This document shows positions 53,156-61,292 of a stretch of 64,000 bases of DNA, one piece after another (position 1 is the first letter of the stretch; every line of letters begins with the position of its first letter). The translations under genes and the position numbers were made by a program. The notes beneath the pieces were generated by a model. That model saw nothing but the letters and a program-made list of their open reading frames with translations. It was not told the DNA's origin and did no database searches. The DNA comes from Burkholderiales bacterium. Its GTDB lineage: Bacteria > Pseudomonadota > Gammaproteobacteria > Burkholderiales > SG8-39. The stretch is from assembly GCA_025458245.1 (NCBI GenBank), contig JALOSW010000006.1, positions 2,115-66,114 on the forward strand, read 5' to 3'.

Positions 53156-54585
53156 TGCCGGTCGTGCTCTGGACGGACGCGCTGCTGTGGCTTCTCGTTG
53201 CCGGCGTTGCCGGCTATGCGCTGTACGCGCGGAAGCGTCCGCATCTGCGGGCGCCTTGGCGGCGCGTGACCCGCAGCACCGCCGGCATGATTTCCGCCGT
53301 GGTGCTCGCGGCGTTCGTCGCGGTAGGCTTGCTCGACTCGCTTCACTATCGTCCGGCCCTGGAGAAGAACGATGCGGAGGGCCGGACCGTGTACGCGGTC
53401 GAAGTGCGCTCTGCGCTCGACGCCCTGATCGAGCCGCTGCGCGTTCGCACCGAGAAGACGTACTCGGCGCCGCTCGCGACCCGCGCCTACGCAAAGGAAA
53501 CCGTGGATCTTGCCGACGGAACGGTCGCGCGGGAGTTCCCGCGCCTGCGTAATGGCGGCGCGCATCTCGCGAGCGAGGACGCGCGCGGGCGCGACGTCCT
53601 GCTGCGCGCTGCGCTGGGGCTCGCCGCGGCGGGCGTGGCGTGGATCGCGATCGCCTGCGCCGTCGTCTGGCGGCTCGCGCGCACGCGCGGTACAGGGTTC
53701 GGCTCGATGTGGGGGAGCGTCTGGCGGGCCGAGACGGAGGTGCCCTGGGCCGCGATGCTCGTCACGGTCGGCTGCATGTTCGGCCTCGCGTTCCCCGTGG
53801 CGTTCCTCTCGACCGGCTACCACGTGCTCGGCACCGACAAGGTCGGGCAGGACGTGCTGTATCTCAGCCTGAAGAGCATCCGCACGGCGCTCGTGATCGG
53901 CGGCCTCACGACGCTCGTGATGCTGCCGTTCGCGGTGCTTCTCGGAATCTCCGCCGGATACTTCAAGGGCTGGGTCGACGACGCCATTCAATACCTCTAC
54001 ACGACGCTCAACTCCATTCCGGCGGTGCTGCTGATCGCCGCCGCGGTCCTGATGATGCAGGTCTACATCGACTCGCGGCCGGAGCTCTTTCCGACGGCGG
54101 CGCAGCGGGCCGACCTTCGGCTGCTCTTTCTCGCGATCATTCTCGGGCTCACCAGCTGGACCGGCCTCGCGCGCCTGCTGCGCGGCGAAACGCTCAAGCT
54201 GCGGGAGCTCGAGTACATCCAGGCGGCACGCGCGTTCGGCGTCGGCGACGGGCGCATCATCACGCGGCACATCCTTCCCAACGTGATGCACCTCGTCATG
54301 ATCGCGCTGGTGATGGACTTCTCGGGCCTGGTGCTCGCCGAGGCCGTGCTCTCGTACGTCGGCGTCGGCGTGGACCCGACCATGACGAGCTTCGGCACGA
54401 TGATCAACTCGGCGCGGCTCGAGCTTGCGCGGGAGCCGATGGTCTGGTGGGCGCTCGCCGCCGCGTTCGCGTTCATGTTTACCCTGGTGCTCGCGGCGAA
54501 CCTGTTCGCCGATGCCGTTCGCGACGCGTTCGATCCGCGGACGCGCGTCGGCGTAAGGGGCGCAGCGGCAGGAAGGGCGGCATGA
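53152..54585 (+). CDS. ABC peptide-type transporter permease (YejE-like) with an extended N-terminal region
   Basis: Shows HVLGTDKVGQDVL, YIQAARAFGVGDGRIITRHILPN and VRDAFDPR. Its start overlaps the upstream stop (ATGA). Confidence 0.85.
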   Translation: MMPVVLWTDALLWLLVAGVAGYALYARKRPHLRAPWRRVTRSTAGMISAVVLAAFVAVGLLDSLHYRPALEKNDAEGRTVYAVEVRSALDALIEPLRVRTEKTYSAPLATRAYAKETVDLADGTVAREFPRLRNGGAHLASEDARGRDVLLRAALGLAAAGVAWIAIACAVVWRLARTRGTGFGSMWGSVWRAETEVPWAAMLVTVGCMFGLAFPVAFLSTGYHVLGTDKVGQDVLYLSLKSIRTALVIGGLTTLVMLPFAVLLGISAGYFKGWVDDAIQYLYTTLNSIPAVLLIAAAVLMMQVYIDSRPELFPTAAQRADLRLLFLAIILGLTSWTGLARLLRGETLKLRELEYIQAARAFGVGDGRIITRHILPNVMHLVMIALVMDFSGLVLAEAVLSYVGVGVDPTMTSFGTMINSARLELAREPMVWWALAAAFAFMFTLVLAANLFADAVRDAFDPRTRVGVRGAAAGRAA

Positions 54586-56535
54586 GCGCGCCGCTGCTGC
54601 GTGTCGGCGGGCTTTCCACCTGGCTCGATAGCGGCGAGGCGGTCGTCCGCGCGTTGGACGACGTGGGGTTCGAGGTCGGGCGCGGCGAGACGTTCGCCAT
54701 CGTCGGCGAGTCCGGGTCGGGCAAGAGCATGACCGCGCTCTCGCTCCTGCGTCTCGTGCCGGAAACCGGCCGCATCGTCGCCGGCTCGGTCGACCTCGAC
54801 GGCGTCGAGCTGTTGTCGCTTCCCGAAGCCGCGATGCGGACGGTGCGCGGGCGTCGCGTGTCGATCATTTTCCAGGAGCCGGCGACGAGCCTGAATCCGG
54901 TGCTGACGGTCGGCCAGCAGATCGGCGAGGTTCTTGCGCGTCATCGGGGTCTGCGCGGCGACGCGTCGCGTACGCGTGCGGCCGAGCTGCTCCACTCCGT
55001 CGGGATTCCCGACGCCGAGCGCAGGCTCGACGATTATCCGTTCCAGTTCTCGGGCGGCATGAAGCAGCGCGCGATGATCGCGATGGCGATCGCGGGCGAA
55101 CCCGATCTGCTGATCGCGGACGAGCCGACGACCGCGCTCGACGTCACGATTCAGGCGCAGGTGCTGGAGCTGCTGCGAACGCTCCAGGCCGAGCGGGGCA
55201 TGTCGATGCTCCTGATCACCCACGATCTCGGGATCGTCGCGCAGATGGCGCATCGCGTCGGGGTGATGTACGCCGGTGCGCTGGTGGAGATCGCGGACCG
55301 CGACGCGTTTTTCCACGCGCCTCAGCACCCCTACTCGCGCAAGCTGTTCGCGGCGTTGCCCGATCGCACCAAGCGGGGCGGCGCGCTCGCCGCGATTCCC
55401 GGCCAGGTGCCGCCGTTGACGGCGCCGTTCCCGGGATGCCGCTTCGTCGATCGCTGCGACATGGCCGCCGCGCGCTGCGCGAAGCGAGTCCGGGACGGTC
55501 GGACCCCTGGAGCGCTCCGTTGCGTCGGCGACGGGCGCAAGCGCGTCGAGCGCCGCCTCGCCCCCGCTCCTCGAGGTGCGGGGCCTGCGCGTGCACTTCC
55601 CGATCCGCAAGGGCGTGCTCAAGCGGGTGGCCGGCCACGTCAAGGCCGTTGACGGCATCGATCTTTCGATCGCCGCCGGCACGACGCTCGCGCTCGTCGG
55701 CGAGTCGGGTTCCGGGAAGACCACGGCGGGGAAGGCGATCCTGCGGCTCATCGAGCCGACGGCCGGCGAGATCCGCTTCGGCGCGGTCGCGTTCTCGAAG
55801 CTGCGACAGCACGAACTGCGGCGCCACCGCGGCGACCTGCAGATCGTGTTTCAGGATCCGTTCGCTTCGCTGAATCCGCGCATGCGCATCGTCGACATCC
55901 TCGGCGAAGGCATGATAGCGCTCGGGACCGCCGAAACGCAGGGCGAGCGCGCGCGCCGGGTCGACGCGCTGCTCGATCAGGTCGGTCTGCCCGCCAGCGC
56001 GAAGGATCGCTACCCGCACGAGTTCTCGGGCGGGCAGCGCCAGCGGATCGCGATTGCGCGCGCGCTCGCAGTCGACCCCAAGCTCATCGTGGCCGACGAG
56101 CCGACGAGCGCGCTCGACGTGTCGGTGCAGGCGCAGATCGTGAACCTGCTGAAGGCGCTTCAGGATCGACTCGGGATCGCGTATCTCTTCATCACGCACA
56201 ATCTCGCGCTGGTCGAGTATCTCGCGCACGAGATCGCGGTCATGTACCTCGGGCGCATCGTCGAGCGCGGCACCGCCGACGCGGTGCTCGGCAGCCCGAA
56301 GCACCCTTACACCCGGGCGCTCCTGTCGGCCGTGCCCTCGGTCGATTCGGGCGGCGCGTCGACGGCGATTCGTCTGGAGGGCGAACTGCCGTCACCGGTC
56401 GCGCCGCCGCCGGGTTGCCACTTCCATCCGCGGTGTCCGCAGGCCTCGTCCGTGTGCCGGAGCGCGTATCCCGGCGAAGCGCGCCTCGGTGCGACGCACG
56501 TCGTGAGCTGCCACCTCTTCGACGGCCGGAAGTAG
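54582..56535 (+). CDS. Double ABC ATPase (YejF-like) with a frame change between 55420 and 55575. It is either a frameshifted fusion or two overlapping genes (54582-55652 and 55576-56535).
   Basis: There are two Walker A motifs ([10 protein letters not shown] and [10 protein letters not shown]) and two signature motifs (FSGGMKQR and FSGGQRQR). The conserved [14 protein letters not shown] lies upstream of the only available start, GTG 55576, in the downstream frame. The total length is 1 mod 3. Confidence 0.8.
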
Positions 56536-56593
56536 CGTTTCCGGCGCGCGAGGATCCGCTCGCGGCGCGCGAGCCGGGGGAGGAGCCGCCGCG

Positions 56594-58018
56594 CTATCGC
56601 GTGGCGACCTTGACGGCCGGTGCGGACCGGGATGGGTCCGCGGGCTTGGCTGCGGGCCGTGCCGGGGCCTTGGCCACCCGTTTCGCCGCCGGCGGAGAGG
56701 CCTTTGCCGACTTGACGGGTTTCTTGGCGCCCGTCGCAGACGCGACCGGCTTCGCGGGCCGCGGCGTCGCGGCGGCGGGCGCTCGCGCCGTCGGCGGCAG
56801 CGCCGAAGCGGGCAGGGGTTCCGCGCCCGCGCCCTTGACCGGCACGAGCAGAGGCTGGCCCGGCGACAGGCGCGCGTTGCGCGTCAATCCGTTCACGGCC
56901 AGGAACCGGTCGAGCGTCATGCCGTGCGCTGCCGCGACGCGCTCGACCCGGTCGCCGGACTTCGCCGCATAAGTCGTCCACGAGGAAAGCGGCTTGTCGT
57001 GATCGGCGAGATTGCGCGCGAAGCGCTCCGCGCGATCCGCCGGCAACACCAGCGTCGGTGCGACCGACGTCTCGATCACTGGACGGTTATGGCCCGGGTT
57101 GAGCCGCACCAATTCCTCGACCTGCATCTCGGCGAGCTTCGCCGCCACGCGCAGGTCGATGTCGCGGGTGAGCGTCACCGTCACGAAGTACGGCCGGTTC
57201 GGGATCGGGTCGAGATCGATGCCCGCCGCGACCGGGTTCGCGACGAGGTTCTCGAGCGCCTGCAGGCGCGGCACGTAATAGCGCGTCTCGTCGGGCATCG
57301 AGAGGCTCGCATAGTCGGTCGGCAGCCCGGCCTTGCGATTCTTCTCGATCGCCCGCGCGACCGCGTTCTCGCCCCAGTTGTAGGACGCGAGCGCGAGGTG
57401 CCAGTCGCCATGCATCTCGTACAGGAACTGCAGGTAGTCGAGTGCGGCGTGCGTCGACGCGATGATGTCGCGCCGCGCGTCGTACCACCAGTTCTGCTCG
57501 AGTTTGTACGTCTTGCCGGTCGAGGGGATGAACTGCCAGAGACCCGAGGCGTGCGCGGGCGAGTACGCCATCGGGTTGTACGCGCTCTCGACCATGGGCA
57601 GCAGCGCGAGCTCGGTCGGCATGCCGCGCCGTTCCAGCTCCTCGACGATGTAATAGAGGTAGCGCCGGCTGCGCTCGACCATGATCTTCAGTTGCGCGGG
57701 GCGCTGCGCGTACCACGCCTGCCGCTCGACCACGAGCGGGCCGTCGAGGTTCGGGATCGCGAAGCCGTTGCGGATGCGTTCCCAGAGGTCGTCCGGGCGC
57801 TCGGTGAGGTCGACCACGGGCACACGGCCGAGGTCGCGCATCTCGACGATGTCGAGGCCCGACACCTCTTCGGGCCGCACCCGATCTGTGGTCCACGCCG
57901 ACACCGGGGCCGCGAAGGCGAGGTACTCGGCATGCAGCGATGCGTCCATGGCGCGCGCGTCGCCGAGTCCGGTCGCGAGCGCGAGCGAAGCGAGTGTCGC
58001 AACGGCGGATAGTCGCAC
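56594..58018 (-). CDS. mltD: Membrane-bound lytic murein transglycosylase D-like protein (SLT domain plus LysM)
   Basis: Shows LALLPMVESAYNPMAYSPAHASGLWQF, a LysM-like region YAAKSGDRVERVAAAHGMTLDRFLAVNGL, and an Ala/Pro/Lys-rich tail. The GTG start is preceded by GGGGAGGA. Confidence 0.85.
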   Translation of the reverse strand: MRLSAVATLASLALATGLGDARAMDASLHAEYLAFAAPVSAWTTDRVRPEEVSGLDIVEMRDLGRVPVVDLTERPDDLWERIRNGFAIPNLDGPLVVERQAWYAQRPAQLKIMVERSRRYLYYIVEELERRGMPTELALLPMVESAYNPMAYSPAHASGLWQFIPSTGKTYKLEQNWWYDARRDIIASTHAALDYLQFLYEMHGDWHLALASYNWGENAVARAIEKNRKAGLPTDYASLSMPDETRYYVPRLQALENLVANPVAAGIDLDPIPNRPYFVTVTLTRDIDLRVAAKLAEMQVEELVRLNPGHNRPVIETSVAPTLVLPADRAERFARNLADHDKPLSSWTTYAAKSGDRVERVAAAHGMTLDRFLAVNGLTRNARLSPGQPLLVPVKGAGAEPLPASALPPTARAPAAATPRPAKPVASATGAKKPVKSAKASPPAAKRVAKAPARPAAKPADPSRSAPAVKVATR

Positions 58019-58087
58019 GCATTCCTCCCCGTATCGTTCCGCGGAGGCTAGCGGAGCGCGGGTGAGGAGTCAAGAAAAATCAGCGCA

Positions 58088-58852
58088 TTACGCTCGGTTC
58101 TTCCAGTCGCGCAGGGCCGCGAACACGGCCACGGGACTCGCTGCCCGTGCACCCAGATACTTGTCCGCGGCCGCGATCACCGCAGGTTCGTGCGCGCGCA
58201 GGAACGGGTTCGTTGCCTTCTCCCGCCCGATCGTGGAGGGAAGCGTCGGGCGGTTCGCCGCGCGCGTCGCGGCGTCGTCGCGTTCGCGCGCGGCGAGCGC
58301 GGCATTTCCGGGCTCCACCGATTTCGCGAACGCGATGTTGGCGAGCGTGTACTCGTGGCCGCAGTACACGAGCGTGTCGTCGGGAAGCGCGGCGAGCTTC
58401 GCGAGCGACGCGTGCATCTCTTCGGCCGTGCCTTCGAACACGCGGCCGCAGCCGCATGCGAAGAGCGTGTCGCCACAGAAGAGGAGGTTTGCCCCATAAT
58501 AGGCCACGTGTGCGCGCGTGTGTCCGGGGATGTCGAGCACCGCGAACGACACGTCGAGCTCGGGCAGATCGACTCGATCGCCGCCCGACACCGGGCGAGT
58601 CAGCGTGTCGATCGGCTCGCCGCGCGGCCCATAGACGGGTACGTCGAAGCGCTCCCGGAGCGCCGCGACGCCGCCGACGTGGTCGGCGTGGTGATGCGTG
58701 GCGAGGATCGCGATGAGCCGCAGCCGCTCGGACGACAGGTATTCGAGCACCGGCGCCGCATCTCCGGGATCCACGACCGCGGCGCAGCCGTCGGCGCGCA
58801 GCGTCCAGATGTAGTTGTCCTTGAAGGCGCGCAACGGAACGACGTCGATCAT
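58088..58852 (-). CDS. gloB: Hydroxyacylglutathione hydrolase (glyoxalase II)
   Basis: Shows [26 protein letters not shown] and CGHEYT. Confidence 0.9.
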   Translation of the reverse strand: MIDVVPLRAFKDNYIWTLRADGCAAVVDPGDAAPVLEYLSSERLRLIAILATHHHADHVGGVAALRERFDVPVYGPRGEPIDTLTRPVSGGDRVDLPELDVSFAVLDIPGHTRAHVAYYGANLLFCGDTLFACGCGRVFEGTAEEMHASLAKLAALPDDTLVYCGHEYTLANIAFAKSVEPGNAALAARERDDAATRAANRPTLPSTIGREKATNPFLRAHEPAVIAAADKYLGARAASPVAVFAALRDWKNRA

Positions 58853-59669
58853 GCAGGACATTGTGTTGCAACCGCCGCAGAAGTCAACGCTCGCCGAGTG
58901 GTTCGCCACGCCGCGCGGGGAGTACGTGCTCGATTGGGAGCGGCGTCAGATCGGCTCGGCCGTGGAGGACGTGTTCGGCTTCCAGGCGCTGCAGGTCGGC
59001 TTGCCGCAGCTCGACTTCCTTGCCGAGAATCGCATTCCGTTCCGCTTCCGCGCCGGGCCCGAGGACGGCTGCGAGGTGCGTGCCGACCCTGCGGCGCTGC
59101 CGATCGCGTCGGGCAGCATCGATCTCGTGGTCTTGCCGCACGTGCTCGAGTTCAGCGCCAACCCGCACCAGATCCTGCGCGAGGCCGAGCGCGTGCTGAT
59201 GCCCGAGGGCCAGCTCGTCGTCGCGGGGTTCAACCCGCTGTCGCTCTGGGGCGCGAAGCGCGCACTCGGGCGGCGTCGCGCCGAGATGCCGTGGTGCGGC
59301 GACTTCATCGGGCTCCTGCGCCTGCGCGACTGGCTGAAGCTCCTCGGATTCGAGCTGAACGGCGGCAAGTTCGGCTGCTATGCGCCGCCGGTCGCGAACG
59401 CGACTTGGCTGCGGCGCCTCTCGTTTCTCGAGAAAGCGGGGGACCGCTGGTGGCCGATCGCCGGCGGCGTCTACGTGGTTCGCGCCGTGAAGCGTGTCGC
59501 CGGCATGCGCCTCGTCACGCCGGCATGGAAGAGCAACGGGTCGCGGGTGAGGGTGCTCGCGCCCGTGGCCCGACGCGAGCCGCGCGCGGCGACGCAACGT
59601 GCCGCGCGCAGCGCTGCCCATCTCAGGCTCATCGTCGGCAGTCAGGAAAGCGGCGAGGAGCGTGGCTGA
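58851..59669 (+). CDS. Class I SAM-dependent methyltransferase (YafS-like)
   Basis: Shows [35 protein letters not shown]. It sits between gloB and rnhA, as yafS does in E. coli. The start is ATG 58851, with GTG 58863 as an alternative. Confidence 0.75.
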   Translation: MQDIVLQPPQKSTLAEWFATPRGEYVLDWERRQIGSAVEDVFGFQALQVGLPQLDFLAENRIPFRFRAGPEDGCEVRADPAALPIASGSIDLVVLPHVLEFSANPHQILREAERVLMPEGQLVVAGFNPLSLWGAKRALGRRRAEMPWCGDFIGLLRLRDWLKLLGFELNGGKFGCYAPPVANATWLRRLSFLEKAGDRWWPIAGGVYVVRAVKRVAGMRLVTPAWKSNGSRVRVLAPVARREPRAATQRAARSAAHLRLIVGSQESGEERG

Positions 59670-60102
59670 ACTCGTCAGGATCTTCACCGACGGGTCATGC
59701 AAGGGCAACCCCGGCCCCGGCGGCTGGGGGGCGGTTCTTCGCTACGGCGAGCACGAGCGCGAGCTCTTCGGCGGCGAGCGCGAAACCACCAACAACCGCA
59801 TGGAGCTCACGGCGGTGATCCGCGCGCTCGAATCGCTCAAGCGCGCCTGCCGCATCGAGCTCTACACCGATTCGCAGTACGTCCGCAACGGCATCACGAC
59901 CTGGATGCGTGACTGGAAGCGCCGCGGCTGGAAGACGGCCGACCGCAAGCCGGTCAAGAACCGGGACCTCTGGGAGCGGCTCGACGAGCTCGCCGCCGGG
60001 CACGAGATCCACTGGCACTGGGTGAAGGGCCACGCCGGGCACCCCGAGAACGAGCGGGCGGATTCCCTCGCCAATCGGGGGGCCGCAGCCCATGCGCGCT
60101 AG
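59662..60102 (+). CDS. rnhA: Ribonuclease HI
   Basis: Shows [31 protein letters not shown] and [12 protein letters not shown] 59662 follows GGAG, and the gene overlaps the methyltransferase 3' end. Confidence 0.9.
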   Translation: MAELVRIFTDGSCKGNPGPGGWGAVLRYGEHERELFGGERETTNNRMELTAVIRALESLKRACRIELYTDSQYVRNGITTWMRDWKRRGWKTADRKPVKNRDLWERLDELAAGHEIHWHWVKGHAGHPENERADSLANRGAAAHAR

Positions 60103-60135
60103 CGAACCAGCGCCCGCGTCCGAACACATCCCCTC

Positions 60136-61284
60136 ATGGAATCGAAACGGCTCGTCTTCATCCTGATCCCGCTCGTCGCGGCGCTCGCGCTCGGGTATCT
60201 CGCGTACAGCTACTTCCGGGCGCCCGCGACGCCGCAGGCGCCCGCCGCGGGCGGCGGGCCGGGGCGCGGCGCCGGCGGTCCGGCGCCCGGCGATTTCGCG
60301 GTGGCCGTGGAGGTCGGTACGGTGGCGGTCGAGCCGGTGACCGAGGAGGTCACCGCCGTCGGTACGTTGCGATCGAACGAATCCGTGGTGGTGCGCCCCG
60401 AGGTGTCGGGGCGGATCGCCACGATCGGTTTCACCGAGGGCGGCCGCGTCGAGAAGGGCGCCGTGCTCGTCGCGCTCGACGCGTCGGTGCAGGACGCCGA
60501 GCTGCAGCAGGCCAAGGCGAGCTTCGCGCTGCGCGAGCGCAACCTCCGGCGCACCGAAGAGCTGCTGCGCGACAGATTCGTCAGCCAGAGCGCGCTCGAC
60601 GAGGCGACGGCGAACCTGCGCGTCGCCGAATCGAACGTCGCGCTCGCCGAGGCGAAGCTCGGCAAGACGCGCATCCGCGCGCCGTTTCCCGGCGTGATCG
60701 GGATCCGCCGCGTGAGCGTCGGCGACTATGTGAAGGAAGGGCAGGATCTCGTCACGCTCGAAGACATCAGCTCGCTGAAGGTCGACTTCCGCGTGCCGGA
60801 GGTGTTTCTGACGAGGCTCGCCCGCGGGCAGACGCTCGCGATCAGCACCGAGGCGATTCCCGGCCGAAGCTTCCAGGCGACCGTCGAGGCGATCGACCCG
60901 CTCATCGACGAGGCCGGCCGCGCGGTGCTGATTCGCGCACGGCTCCTGAACACCGAAGGGATGCTCCGGCCCGGAATGTTCGTGCGCGTGCGCCTGGTGC
61001 TGACGGAACGGCCGCGGGCGCTCGTCGTCGCCGAGGAGGCGATTGTCCCGATCGGGGCCGACCAGTTCGTGTTCCGTGTCGTCGGCGGCAAGGCGGAACG
61101 CGTCAAGGTCGCGACCGGCGTGCGGCGGGCCGGGCGCGTCGAGATTCGCGAGGGCCTGGCCGCGGGCGATACCGTCGTCACCGCCGGCCAGATCAAGCTG
61201 CGCGACGGCGTCTCCGTGCGAACCGGCCCGTCGGGTGCGCCGCCCGGCGCGGGCGCGCCGAAAGCCGGCGAAGCGAGGAAGTAG
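60136..61284 (+). CDS. RND efflux periplasmic adaptor (membrane fusion protein)
   Basis: Has an N-terminal TM segment, and shows VRPEVSGRI, IRAPFPGVIG and a coiled-coil segment. Confidence 0.9.
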   Translation: MESKRLVFILIPLVAALALGYLAYSYFRAPATPQAPAAGGGPGRGAGGPAPGDFAVAVEVGTVAVEPVTEEVTAVGTLRSNESVVVRPEVSGRIATIGFTEGGRVEKGAVLVALDASVQDAELQQAKASFALRERNLRRTEELLRDRFVSQSALDEATANLRVAESNVALAEAKLGKTRIRAPFPGVIGIRRVSVGDYVKEGQDLVTLEDISSLKVDFRVPEVFLTRLARGQTLAISTEAIPGRSFQATVEAIDPLIDEAGRAVLIRARLLNTEGMLRPGMFVRVRLVLTERPRALVVAEEAIVPIGADQFVFRVVGGKAERVKVATGVRRAGRVEIREGLAAGDTVVTAGQIKLRDGVSVRTGPSGAPPGAGAPKAGEARK

Positions 61285-61292
61285 GCGGGCCG

